Assembly: GCA_951406725.2 (NCBI GenBank)
Contig: OX597832.1
Coordinates: 57,598,001-57,662,000, forward strand
Direction: 5' to 3'
DNA: 64,000 nucleotides
Source of the DNA: Octopus vulgaris
Taxonomy: Eukaryota
The translations under genes were made by a program, and so were the position numbers. Of this stretch, positions 26,947 through 40,719 are shown piece by piece; position 1 is the first letter of the stretch, and each line of letters starts with the position of its first letter. Under the pieces are notes generated by a model. That model was not told the DNA's origin and ran no database searches. It saw nothing but the letters and a program-made list of their open reading frames with translations.

Positions 26947-27342
26947 CAAAGAGGAAGAGAATGTGTGTGTATATATATGTGTGTATATGTGTGTATTGAT
27001 TTGTCCGTCTGTTAAAACTTAATCAGTTTTGTTTGCATTTGACCTCATCTTTAACAAACAGGTTACTTTAAATATTTGCTATTGATTAATATTTAAACAG
27101 CATTTCATTTCTACTTTACTAATTAATGATGGTTATTTGAGTGATTAGCCTGGAGAATAATAATTATATGTAGAAAAATAATTATAACAAGACAAGGATG
27201 TGTTATTGTCTTCATCTTCTCTGCTAAAATTCGTCTTCTTTTTCATCTTCCCTGTAAATTTACTGAGAAAATGATGACATGTCATATGTTGTGTTTATTA
27301 AAATTTATGATCGAATCAGTTTAAATGCATATTGTTTGTGAT

Positions 27343-27753
27343 ACTCTTTACTCTTTTACTGGTTTCAGTCATTTGACTGCGGCCATGCTGGAGCACTGCC
27401 TTTAGTCGAGCAAATCGACTCCAGGACTTATTCTTTGTAAGCCTAGTACTTATTCTATCAGTCTCTTTTGCCGAACCGCTAAGTTACGGGGACGTAAACA
27501 TACCACCATCTGTTGTCAAGCGATGTTGGTGGGGACAAACACAGACATACAAACACACACACACATATATATATATAAATATATATACATATATACGATG
27601 AGCTTCTTTCAGTTTCCGTCTACCAAATCCACTCACGAGGCTTTGGTCAGCCCGAGGCTATAGTAGAAGACACTTGCCCAAGATGCCATGCAGTGGGACT
27701 GAACCTGGAACCATGTGGTTTGTAAGCAAGCTACTTACCACACAGCCACTCCT
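27343..27753 (-). mobile_element. SINE family A copy
   Basis: Reverse complement of 14124-14568. Confidence 0.88.
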
Positions 27754-27899
27754 GGTGATGATAATTTTGATGATGATGCTGGTGATGATGGTGGTGGTGG
27801 TGATGATGATGATGATGGTAGTGGTGGTGGTGGTGGTGATGATGATGAAGCTGTTGATGATGACGATGATGATGATAATGATGATGTTAAACTACAAAC

Positions 27900-28160
27900 C
27901 TGCAAGAAAGTAGATGGGAGATGTTACTGATACAGGAGGAGAGAAAAAAATTGAAACAAACAGGTTGCCTGACTAGCTGCTGTCAATTTGTATCAGTCAC
28001 TGTCAAGATGTTAAATATTCTGGGTCCCCATACTATTGATTTCCTCTGGGAAATAGGGTCAATGACAGCCTGTCAAAGAAATGAGCCCCGCGAAGTAAAG
28101 TGGCTGCTACAGCAAACGCCACTGGCCCTTCTCTAGGGCAATGCCATTGCGGTCAACCAC
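27900..28160 (+). mobile_element. CRE-like (RLE-type) LINE 3' fossil
   Basis: EERKKLK...FVSVTVKMLNILGPHTIDFLWEIG...EPREVKWLLQQTPLALL*GNA resembles the CRE C-terminus (P.AVETLG..GP....FL.EIG...EPRE...L.QR.SLA..RGNA). Confidence 0.55.
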
Positions 28161-28571
28161 AGGGTATGGCTGAGCTCACCATTTGTTCTAGGGTATGTGG
28201 CCTATCGACCCCTCCTACTCCATCTACTGATTTACCCCCTCCTTTGTTTTTCCTTTTCTTTCTTATCTCTCTCTTTTCCTCTTTCTTTGTCTTCAAATGT
28301 CTACACCTACGGAGTGGTTGGCGTCAGGAAGGGCATCCAGCTGTAGAAACACTGCCAGATCAGACCGGCGCCTGGTGCAGCCTCCTAGTTTCTCAGGCCC
28401 CGGACGAACTGTCCAACCCATGCTAGCATGGAAACCAGACGTTAAACAAATGATGATGATGATGATGATGATCTAATACACCAGTTTATATCAACGCCAC
28501 TTGGCACTTATTTTCTTTGATAATTCTGCAGTGGTCGTTGACTTCTGAAACATAATTCTTCCCTTTTGCAG

Positions 28572-28719
28572 GCTCAATGGTTCAGTCACTATCATGGAAC
28601 GACTCTTGCAACATGCTGGCTACTCTCTCAGATGACCGTTTTCTCATATACTACTACCCTAATGCCATCTATGTTGACAAAGATCTCCTGCCAGAAGTCA
28701 TCGAAGAGAAGGACACCAG
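28572..28719 (+). CDS. IFT80: IFT80 internal coding exon, 148 bp (absent from the ORF track in this frame)
   Basis: Acceptor cccttttgcag|GC, donor ACCAG|gtaatt. Translates (G)SMVQSLSWNDSCNMLATLSDDRFLIYYYPNAIYVDKDLLPEVIEEKDT(S), collinear with my recollection of vertebrate IFT80 [50 protein letters not shown]. Ends in AG, completed to AGT (Ser) by the next exon. Confidence 0.93.
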
Positions 28720-30961
28720 GTAATTTCGCAAGTTCTTATACTTTTCTTTCTTTTTTTTTATTTCTCTATTGGCAAGAAATCTTGAAATAGACTGAATAAT
28801 GACATACATACATACATACATATGTATGTATATGCATGCATACATATGCACATACGTACATACATAAAACCTAAAAGGAAAAATTCAATTCTTAATAACA
28901 GTGGCTGAGGGTGTAGGGTAGCACCTATATTGCTAGAAATAACAGTCAAAGACCTTTATAGACCCTTATATATATATATATATGACAAGCTTCCACACAG
29001 TTTCCATCTACTGAAGTTACTCACAAGGCATTGGTCAACATAGGGCTATAATAGAAGACACTTTCTCAAGGTACCATGCAGTGGGATTGAACATATATAT
29101 ATATAATATATATATATATCAAAATAAATATCAAATGGAAATTGTAATTGTGATACCTGTGCTGATGGCACGTAAAAAAACACCATCCAAACGTGGCCGA
29201 TGCCAGCGCCACCTTGACTGGCTTCTGTGCCGGTGGCACGTAAAAAGCACCAACCGATCATGGCCGCTACCAGCCTCCCCTGGCACCTGTGCCGACGGCA
29301 CATAAAAAGCACCTACTACACTCACAGAGTGGTTGGCGTTAGGAAGGGCATCCAGCTGTAGCAACACTGCCAGATCAGACTGGACCTGGTGCAGCCTCCT
29401 GGCTTCCCAGACCCCGGTCGAACCGTCCAACCTGTGCTAGCACTGAAAACGGACATTAAACGATGATGAGGATGATGATGATGATGACTTACTTCCTTAC
29501 AGTTTCCATCTGCTAAATTTACCTACAAGGCATTGGTCATTATGGAGCTATAGTAGAAGACACTTGCTCAAGGTCACAAAGTTGCCATGTAGCGGGATTG
29601 GACCTGTGGTTGTAAAGCAAGATTCTTAATCCCGCAGTCATGCCGGCGCCTGGGGTCTAATGGTTGAATGAAATATTTGGGGATGTTGCAAAGTGTCTGA
29701 GAATCATTCTTTATGACATGTCGTACCTGCAAACTCTAAAAGAATTGGTAATGTATGGTGTTAGAAAGTTTGATAATAATTTAATAAGATGACACAAGAT
29801 AATTCCTGCAGATGTGTTTATGGAACATTTGAATATGGAGAGAGCTAGCAATTTCTGTTAATGCATTTGGTCTGTGATGCTAACGAGCTACGAGTCTATC
29901 GGCTGTAATTTAAAGCAACAATTAATTCATTTGTGGAGATTGTAATGTTTGGTGAATAATGGTGATGATTAAGAAAGATAGCACCTAGTGAGACCTGATT
30001 CCATTGGTCTGTTTTAGAAATATACACATCAACTTCAAAATGGTAAATTCTATACGCTTGTCTGTAGAAGATTCAATAGATTCTTGAGGCTAATGCTATT
30101 TAAACTGGCCATATCAGACTGAAATGTTCTTCTTTTCTTGTTCTAACTGATCAGATTCAGCCTCTCATGTTTACTCTACAATGTTATTCAAAAAATGAAT
30201 TAGTTACATCATGGAAATTTTGTAGCTACACTCACGGAGTGGTTGGCGTTAGGAAGGGCATCCAGCCGTAGAAACACTGCCAAATCTGACTAGGCCTGAT
30301 GAAGCCTTCCGGCTTCACAGACCCCAGTTAAACTGTCCAACCCATGCTAGCATGGAAAACGGACGCTAAATGATGAAGACAATACCTGATTAATTCAAAA
30401 CAATGTAGACAAGAGCACTCAGAGAGTGCAAACCTCCGCCAAGGCAACACCAACGTCCTCTCAGCAATTAGCCAGAGACGATTTTTAAAATGAGAATATC
30501 TGAAATAAACTCAACTGCTCTCACAAACGAGAATACTAAAAATAAACCCGACCGCTGTCAAAAATTAAGTAAAAAAAAAACAGGAAAAATAACCCTAACC
30601 CTAACCCACAACTGGTATTTAATTTATTGACCCCAAAAGGATGAAAAGCAAAGTCAACCTTGGCAGAATTTGAAATCAGAACATAAAGACAGATGAAATA
30701 CTGCTAAGCATTTCACCTGGCATGCTAATGTTTCTGCCAGCTGTCTGCCTTAAAAATATTGTTATATTGAAACATATGTAGAATATCTTTTTGAATATTT
30801 TGGGGTTGTTCTGTTGATGTGGTTCCTTTTATACTTGTTCTTATAGGTATATCTTTTAATCTTTTAATTTGCATTACTTTTTCATTGTGATACAAATAAA
30901 ATGAACCAAGCATCTTTTTTAATTTTTCTTCTCTATTTTCTTTTATTGACTTTTTAATCTC

Positions 30962-30994
<33 letters not shown>

Positions 30995-31288
30995 CGTATA
31001 TTGAAACATATGCAGAATATGTGGGCTTCCACATAGTTTCCATCTACCAAAATCATTCACTAGGCATTGGTCAGTCTGGAGCTACAATAGAAGATACTTG
31101 GTCAGGATACTGCACAGTGGGACTGAACCTGAAACTATATGGTTGCAAAATGAGTTTATTGACCATGCAGTGATGCCTCTGTCTACCAGTGCATGCATGC
31201 AAAAAATTGTATGCACACATACATACACACTCACACTCATGCATACATACGTACATGCATGCATGCAGACATACATACTCACATACAT

Positions 31289-31335
<47 letters not shown>

Positions 31336-31359
<24 letters not shown>

Positions 31360-32112
31360 TGACCGAAAATGTCATCACAGGTTTATCTGCCGATGAGACA
31401 CGACATTGTAGGCAGGACACTCTATAATGAAATCTGTCGGTGGGATAATCCCGAGGACAAAGAATTAAAAACTCACAATATGGTGAAAGCCATACCCGCT
31501 CATAATAAAAAGTAAATACTGGTGGAACGTTACCAGTGAAGATCTCAATAAAATGTAAGCAAAACAGACCTGATATAATGATTTGGAATAGAGACGAGAA
31601 ACTGTGCACAGTTGTGGAAATTAGCTGTCCATCGGATGTTAACATAAAGCTGAAGATCAGTGAAAAAGAGAACATCTATGCTGAACTATTGAGAAATCTG
31701 CAGGTACTCTGCAGATTACAAGTTAAAGTTTATACCTGTAATTATTGAGGCCCTGGGATATGTAACACTCTGCCTAAATACCAATCTTGAGAAATTAGGC
31801 TTCTCAAAACCAGAAAGGAGAAAGCTAATTCAAAGACTACAGATCCAATTCATCACTGGAACTGTAAAAATCTGTAAAACTTTCCAGAAGTTTACAATTT
31901 AAATATGTATGAGCATGTCTAGATATGCAACTATATGAATGAGAATACATACATTAAACATACACATCTGCACATATACATACATGCATGCATACATACA
32001 TACATGCAGACATGCAGACAAAAATACACTGCTGATGAAGGAACCTTGGATCTAGGTTAGAAACCAGTTCTTTCTCTATTGGCAAGAAATCTTGAAATAA
32101 ACTGAAAAATGG
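31336..32112 (+). mobile_element. R4/Dong-like RLE-type non-LTR retrotransposon 3' fragment
   Basis: YLPMRHDIVGRTLY...NRPDIMIW...TVVEISCP...EKENIY...FIPVIIEALG, the RHD and PD-(D/E)xK endonuclease signature. 3' UTR ends in ...CTATTGGCAAGAAATCTTGAAATAAACTGAAAAATGG followed by (CATA)n. Confidence 0.8.
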
Positions 32113-32748
32113 CATACATACACACACATGCATACATACATGCATGCATACATACATACACACACATAACATACACACATATGTATATACATACATATAC
32201 ACATCTATACGTACATACGCATACACACATATAGGCACACATACATACATACATGCATACATACATATATACATACAATAACCCCCACACACACACACAC
32301 ATAATACATACATATACACATATGTACGTATGCACATACACATATACATACACACACATGCATGCATACATACATACAAGCATGCATACCTACATACATA
32401 CACATACATACATATGCACATACATACATATATACATGCATGCATACATACATATACACATACATACAAAACTGTATCTCAGTGTATACTTCTTTTGTTT
32501 GCAAATATTTTATTTTCTAAAGTATGAAGCCACACCCCCACACCCAAACACACACCCAAGTAAGTTAGACAGACACAGGAAGTCATGATTTAATGTTCGC
32601 TGAGAGACATACATAATTTCATATACCAGCAGAACACACACACACACACATGATAGTATGTTTATTTGTGCTACTGTGAGGTGTATTTGTGTGTGTGTGT
32701 TTTTGTGTGTATATCATTTTCAAATTTGTATATATATAGATTTATATA

Positions 32749-32885
<137 letters not shown>

Positions 32886-32902
32886 GTACAAATTTGAAAA
32901 TG

Positions 32903-32934
<32 letters not shown>

Positions 32935-32949
32935 GTACAAATTTGAAAA

Positions 32950-32987
<38 letters not shown>

Positions 32988-33839
32988 GTATCTATGTATG
33001 TATATGTATGTGAATGTAGATGTTTGTTTGTCTGCAGTTATATATATGTGTATGTTTGTACATAATTATATATAGTTACAAGTATCAGGACATATCATAG
33101 ACATCTATTGATGTAGAGAGAGATATCTTTATATATATATATGTGTGTGTGTGGGGTGTGTATCTGCGTATCCATGTATGTAAGACTGTTGTATAAATTG
33201 GCTGTATTGTTTACGATGACGTTTGAGGTCCATAGCTCTTAATTATATTGAAATAAATCTCTCCGAAAACATGATGTCAGCGTTGTGATAATCTGTGTGA
33301 GATTGATAGCTTCACGAAAAACAATGTCAAAGAATAATGGCAAAGCAAATTAGTTTTAAGACTTTTGGTCTCATTGATATTACATAAAGTAATATTTTGA
33401 CTATGGAGAGCTATTGTGATCTTGAGATTTCTTATTAGACACGAGAATATATTTTTATATCAGCTTTTTGTGTTGTTATCATGATTAAATTTATTTAATC
33501 GATTCCCACACTGGGCTTTGAGTTTCTAGACATTCACCTAGCGTGTTAAGATACTTATAAAGTGTAAAACTTATCTGTGTTTTTCTTAGTTGAAAATTGA
33601 TGAGTTCTAAATGTGAGACATGAAATAGCTATCTGTGACCTCTTAGTGAGTGGCAGAACTAGGTAACAACGCCAATACCTTTTCTTTCTTTCTTTGCTTA
33701 CAAGACATTGAGAGAGCTGCAAAGAAGTCACTTGCTTTGTTAGAAGAAACAACTGGTTATTCCTCAAATCCTGCCTCACCATTCATTCTATCAATGATGA
33801 GGTGTGTGTAGAATGATGCAGTCTCTTATAGATTGTGGT

Positions 33840-34009
33840 AGGTGCAGGGGTGGCTGTGTGGTAAGAAGTGTTTTGCTTCCCAATTGCATGGTTCTGGGTT
33901 CAGGTCCCGATGTGGGACACATTGGGAAAGTGTCTTCTACCTTAGCTCTGGGCCAACCAAAGCCTTGTGAGTGGATTTGGTAGACAGAAACAACTGAAAG
34001 AGACCCATA

Positions 34010-34051
<42 letters not shown>

Positions 34052-34275
34052 TTGTGTCAGTGTTTGTCCCCCACTCTGCTTGGCAACTGATTTTGGATGT
34101 GTTTATGTCTCCATAACTTAGCGGTTTGGCAAAAAAGACTAATAGAATAAGTACCAGGCTCTAAAAAAAGAAAAAAAAGCAATTACTGGGGTCGATTCAT
34201 TCGAATAAGAATTCTTCAAGGTGGTACTGCAGCATGGCCATAGTCTAATAACTGAAGCAAGTAAAAGGTAAAAGA
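33840..34275 (+). mobile_element. SINE family A copy, diverged
   Basis: Same architecture with more substitutions. Confidence 0.8.
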
Positions 34276-34804
34276 TAAATAATAGACGGTGTGGTCAGGG
34301 ATGGAATGGAATGTATCATAAGTCTCTTTGATCAGAGCTGACATAGATTTAAACAACAACAACTACAAAAACTATGAGCAAAAGAAAATCTGAGACATGA
34401 ATTCAAGTGTTTCCTTCATTCTGAGTGGCCCACGTGTATCTCTTCTAAAGCAAGGCACCTGTGCTTGTCCCCTTATATTCTAGCTTTTAATACCTGGCAT
34501 GAAGCCCTCTTTCAAATGCTACTCTTCTGCACAGTCGAGGGGTCTTTTCCCCTCTTTCAGTCTATACTTTGGTGGTCTTTTTAATGCTGGTGCCATGTAA
34601 AAAGTACCCAGTATGGTATGCACTGTGAAGTGGTTGGCATTAGGAAGGGCATGCAGCTATAAATACCATGCCAAAATGTCAGAGTAGACATCAAGGCCTG
34701 ATGCAGCTCTGCAGCATGTCAGTTCCTATCAAACTGCCGAACCCATGCCAACATGGGAAACAGGCGTCAAATGACGACGACGATGATATTGATGATGATG
34801 CTTG

Positions 34805-35208
34805 TTTGTTTGTTTGTTGAGCGAAGCGGTCTTCATCCCAGAGCTCGTAAGATTGCGCCTCAGGATTGTCTGTAGTGGGAGAAGTCTGAAATGTGGTCCT
34901 TTGCTATTCGTAAGACCCACAAAAGAGAAATCAGGTCAACCCCCGACATCGAGAGCATTGACGGATGGATAGATGTGCATCCAGACTCTGCAGTTGTGTA
35001 GGAAGTTGGGGACAAGAAACAGGAAGAAAGAGTGAGAGAAAGTTGGAGCGAAAGAGTACAACAGGGGTCGCCACCACCCCCTGCTGCAGCTTCATGGAGC
35101 TTTAGGTGTTTCCGCTCAATAAACACACACAACGCCCAGTCTGGGAATCGAAACCGTGATCCTCCGACCACGAGTCCACTGCCCTAACCACTGGGCCATT
35201 GCGCCTCC
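34805..35208 (-). mobile_element. SINE family C copy with (CAAA)n tail
   Basis: Reverse-complement head at 35140-35208. Confidence 0.82.
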
Positions 35209-36131
35209 TGATGATGATGATGCTGGCAGTGGTGGTGATGGTGGTGGTGTGGATGATGATGGTGATGATGAGGAGGAGGATGACAACGATGATGATGATG
35301 CCATACGGAATCATAAAAGGTAGTGAATAATGATAAACAAAAGAAACACCAAAAACACAATACTACAAAGAATACAAAAATTAAAAACAAAAGAAATCAG
35401 AGCTAAAAGTTTGTAAATAAGAAAATTGAGATATTTCTATGTTTCTGCTGCAGACACCTCTACATTGTTGATATGGTAAACGGTGCCAGTGACAGTTCCG
35501 TGTTACATTTCAACAGCTTCAGAAACCCTCTGATACTAGATATGTATATGTTAGCATGGTATTGGAATGAAGGGCAGGAAAACGGAGACCTTATTAGGAA
35601 ATATGCCAAAATAACGGCAGAAATAGTTTGTGTGTCCAGTAACAGTTGACCCGTCACAAAAACCAAAGAATTTGCTTTGGTGGAAAGTAATTCATAAATT
35701 GTCTGTCTAAGCTTTTTGTTTTCAACTGTTATCATCTTTCATTCCACTTGCGGCCTGCTTTCTCCTTCAATGGTCAGCATCACAACAGGTCAGATAATTA
35801 TTGAAGCTTAACACCTATTTCATATTCGGCCCGAGGTATGGAATTAATGAGCTGCTTCTGTTGTCCGTCAACTTTAGTACTTAGTGCGTATCGACTTAAC
35901 CGTTCCCGTGCATTGTGTTGAATTCTGCTTCTTTCTGTCTATCCATCTATTTATCTTTCTTTCTTTCTTTCTTTCTGTTCTTCTTATTCTTCTATTCTCT
36001 CCTTTTCTCCCATCTTCCTCCTCCATAGCCTTCTATAATCGTAATGTTACAATGTGTGTGCATGTGTGCTCTAATAGTTTTGTTGGCACTTAACATGCGC
36101 ACAGATGTGTGCGTGTGTATATATATATATT

Positions 36132-36164
<33 letters not shown>

Positions 36165-36196
36165 ATATATATTGCTAATGATTCTGCCAGCCCGCC

Positions 36197-36268
<72 letters not shown>

Positions 36269-36290
36269 GTGTGTGTGTATGAATATTCAT

Positions 36291-36625
36291 TTACTCTTTT
36301 ACTTGTTTCAGTCATTTGACTACTGTCATGCTGGAGCACCGCCTTCAGTCAAGCAAATTGAGCCCAGGACTTATTCTTTGTAAGCCTAGTACTTATTCTA
36401 TCGGTCTCTTTTGCCGAACCACTAAGTTGTGGGGATGTAAACACACAACCATCAGTTGTCAAGCAATGGTGGAAGTATCGCACACACACACACACTCACA
36501 CAATGGGCTTCTTTCAGTTTCCGTCTACCAAATTCACTGACAAGGCTTTGGTCGGGATGAGGCTATACTAGAAGACACTTGTCCAAGGTGCCATCCAGTA
36601 GGACTGAACCCAGGACCATGTGGCT
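36291..36625 (-). mobile_element. SINE family A copy
   Basis: Reverse complement; head truncated at a (CATA)n run. Confidence 0.82.
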
Positions 36626-36688
36626 GGTTGGCAACATACATACATACATACATACATACATACATACATACATACATACATACATACA

Positions 36689-36719
<31 letters not shown>

Positions 36720-36862
36720 TAATTAAGGGTAGAAATTGATATTTATCAATTAAGACCAGTGGTCTAGCATATTAATTAAGGGTAGAAATTGATATTTATC
36801 AATTAAGACCAGTGGTCTAGCATATTAAAAAAGAATCCGAAGATTAAAATATTTATATATAC

Positions 36863-37068
36863 CAATTAAGGACTGAACACGAAAAGTGGACAGTCAACAT
36901 GCTAGATATAGACGTCAAATCGTCATTCACCACAAAAGATTATGTTCTCAGATCAAACTCAACACATTTGTGTTGAGTTTGATCTGAGAACATAATCTTT
37001 TGTGGTGAATGACGATTTGACGTCTATATCTAGCATGTTGACTGTCCACTTTTCGTGTTCAGTCCTTA

Positions 37069-37072
<4 letters not shown>
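36863..37072. repeat. Perfect palindrome, 104 bp arms with a 2 nt loop
   Basis: Centre ...CAAACTCAACACA-TT-TGTGTTGAGTTTG...; arms match out to CAATTAAGG/CCTTAATTG. Confidence 0.92.
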
Positions 37073-37117
<45 letters not shown>

Positions 37118-37650
37118 GTGTCTGTATGTTCAAATATGAGTAGAAAGGTGAATTTATAGTAACTTTAGGTAAGTGTGTACATGCATACAAAATCACATTT
37201 ATGTATGTGTGTGTACATGTATATAATATACATATATGTATCAATATCATTGCCATCATCATTGTTATCCAGCTTCAGTTTTCCTTGTTGGAATAATTTG
37301 GACAATTTGACAGAATCTGGAGAGCCAGAAGACTGTGCCCTTTCTATTGCCAACAACTTTACAGAATGTACTTGGCCCTTTTTATGTGGCACCAGCACTG
37401 ACGAGGTCACCAAGTAACTTGCAAGACAAGACCACCCTCAACTGAGAAGGGGAATAGTATAGATGGAGTTGACTTTGTATCCAGATGATAAGAGGTTAGA
37501 GCAGCGTTTCTTAACCAGGGTCCCGCAGAACCCTGGGTTCCGCAAAAGGTGCCTAGGTGTTCCCCAAGAAAGAATGAGATAAGCTAATGCTAATTTCATA
37601 ATTGTAATTTTACTAGAAATGTACAACATATTATTGGTTATTGTAATATA

Positions 37651-37881
37651 TATTTCTTTACTACCCACAAGGGGCTAAACACAGAGAGGACAAACAAGGA
37701 CAGACAAACGGATTAAGTCGATTACATCGACCCCAGTGCGTAACTGGTACTTTATTTATCGACCCCGAAAGGATGAAAGGCAAAGTTGACCTCGGCGGAA
37801 TTTGAACCCAGAGCGTATCGACAGACGAAATACAGCTAAGCATTTCGCCCGGCGTGCTAACGATTCTGCCAGCTCACCGCC
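37651..37881 (-). mobile_element. tRNA-derived SINE family B (Meta-domain-like core) with 13 bp TSD
   Basis: Head GGCGGTGAGCTGGCAGAATCGTTAGC...GGTTCAAATTCC, core GGTCAACTTTGCCTTTCATCCTTTCGGGGTCGATAAATAAAGTACCAG. TSD TTATTGTAATATA at 37638-37650 and 37882-37894. Other copies at ~4497-4670, 30608-30750, 54400-54600, 55316-55556, 61430-61590. Confidence 0.85.
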
Positions 37882-38105
37882 TTATTGTAATATAGTTATT
37901 GTAATATGGTTATTATAATATAGACATCATCCTATCTAACCTATTATGTTATCAAGAAAAAAAAAATAACAACCATTGGGGATATATTTAGTGATGTCTG
38001 TAATTTATGGAGACCAAGACCTCTATTATTTGCACTGTTGGTGATGACCTGTAGCCATATATGCATATATATATATATATATAGCATAGCATAGCATATA
38101 TATGT

Positions 38106-38410
38106 GGAGGCGCAATGGCCCAGTGGTTAGAGCAGCGGACTCGCGGTCGCAGGATCGCGGTTTCGATTTCCAGACCGGGCGTTGTGAGTGTTTATTGAGC
38201 GAAAACACCTAAAAGCTCCACGACACTCCGGCAGTGGGTGGTGATCCCTGCTGTACTCTTTCATCACTCTTTCTCCCACTCTTTCTTCTGTTGGCCTGCT
38301 CGCTTAGCCAGCGAGGTGGCATCATTCGAAGGCTAAAACAATGTGAACGCATTGTGACCAGTGATGTGTAGCAACATCTGATAGTCTGGTCGGTCACGTG
38401 ATCACGTGAT
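38106..38410 (+). mobile_element. SINE family C copy
   Basis: Near-consensus head, flanked by direct repeats ATATATATAGCATAGCATAGCAT. Confidence 0.85.
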
Positions 38411-38419
38411 ATATATATA

Positions 38420-38947
38420 GCATAGCATAGCATGGCTTGGATTCACGAATGAAGATCAGGAAGGCTGTCCACGTCACGTGCATGCACGCTCATGACTGAC
38501 AAGTCCAATATGGGAAAGGCAGGTCTGTGAGCAGTGTCTACAGACGAAGGTAACATCCGGTGTAGTGTCAGAAGTGGCTCGTGCCTTCCTCCTGCGTCTC
38601 TTGTCTTTAAGTGCATCTCTTCTTTGTTCCTCAAACTTGCTGACTGCATTGAAGATGTATGGCGCCGGACATCATGGTCCGCAGCCAGGTCTGACCAGCA
38701 TTGGTGGTTAATATGACATTCTGTTAGAGACTTCTTGAGGCAGTCTTTGTAGCGTTTCCTCGGAGCTCCTCTCACTCGGTGGCCGGTGGAGAGTTCGCCA
38801 AACAGGGCAATCTTTGGAAGGTGATGGTTCTCCATTCTGGAGACATGCCCTGCCCATTGGAGGTGGTACTTCAGTAGCGTGGCTTCAATGCTGGGGATCC
38901 CGGCCCGCTCCAAGACTTCAATGTTTGTGACGAAATCACTCCAGTGA
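38420..38947 (-). mobile_element. 5'-truncated RTE/BovB-like LINE, a second RTE family
   Basis: HWSDFVTNIEVLERAGIPSIE...LQWAGHVSRM...GAPRKRYKDCLK. A frameshifted C-terminal zinc finger FVCRHCSQTCLSHIGLVSHERAC follows; (CTATG)n tail. Confidence 0.85.
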
Positions 38948-39174
38948 ATGTCACATGTACGCATACATATACACACATGTATATTTGTCTATCTAACCAT
39001 CTTTCAATCTGTCTAACTGACCATAAATCTATGTGTATATCAGTCTGTCTGTTTACACACATATATGCGCATGTATATATATATATATGCGTAAAAATAT
39101 ATAGGGTACTGAATATTTTTCGAAATTTCACTACCAGTGGCCTAGCATGTATAAAAAGTCAATAGACAACATAT

Positions 39175-39714
<540 letters not shown>

Positions 39715-40719
39715 TACATACATGCACACTGTATGTATATATCTACAGATACACACACATATATGTACATATGTATACATATGTTCACGCACACACACAT
39801 GCATGCATGTATACATAAACTCTGTCAGACATAGTCTATTTAATTTCTTTTTAAATTTGCTTCCTTAATTTAATAGCTTATTAAAGAGGTGTTGTCTTGC
39901 AGACTCACAGACACACAGACTCATCTAACGCTGTTGCTTAATAACGGTGAGGCTGAGGACGATGGCCATAAAGATAATGGCTTCTAATTTAGGCACAAGG
40001 CCAATAATTTCGAGGGTAAGGGGTTAGGGGGTTAGTTGATTATACTGATGCGGGATAGATAATGGAAACAGGCTTTTAGCGTCTTTCCAACCAAATTAAT
40101 AACTTTGGTTACATTACAAATATTAGTCTTCTTCAGCATTCTATTATCTCAAAAAAAAAACAACCATATAAAATATGAAATATGACCTACACTATTGGTA
40201 GAAACCAACACTGTGTTGGCTGCGTAAGTGGAAATGGCTATTAAATTATTAATTGTTTATTGGTATTGATAACGATGCTGTTGTGTTATTATTACATGGT
40301 ATTATGTGACTGGTTCCTACTTTGGAATTAAGACAAATCTTTAACAGCATCATTTGTGAATGTCTGAGCAATTCTATTATCAAAAAAGCAATTCTGTTGC
40401 ATTTTTTTTTTTTTACATGCGACTAGAAGAACATTTTTTTTTACCATTCCATAATATGCTGCTATACATTGCATAATCTTTGCATAGTTTCCCTTTCTGC
40501 TATGGAACTTTGCTTTTTTTCTTATTTGTGTTTTTTTTCTCTTCTATCTCCATGCTGAGATGTTTCTAAAAATTATAAGAATGTCATTCCATCTTAGATT
40601 ATTTTACCATATTCGTAGGTACAGATGTGGGCTGGGTGGTTAAGAAATTTGCTTACTAGCTACATGGTATCAGGATCAGTCCCACTGTGTGGTACCATAG
40701 GCAAATGTTTTCTATTATA

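Noticed and set aside
29155-29315. CRISPR-like appearance: palindromic 25 bp repeat with ~40 bp spacers
   Set aside because: Eukaryotic context, no cas genes, spacers related to each other; it is the LINE 3' UTR module array.
32028-32070. CTGATGA...AACCT/AGGTT...GAAAC hammerhead-like string
   Set aside because: Three extra bases before and one after stem II, and no stem I partner; lies in the 3' UTR of the RLE element.
38106-38180. tRNA-like sequences in SINE heads
   Set aside because: No proper acceptor stem, and they continue into shared SINE bodies.
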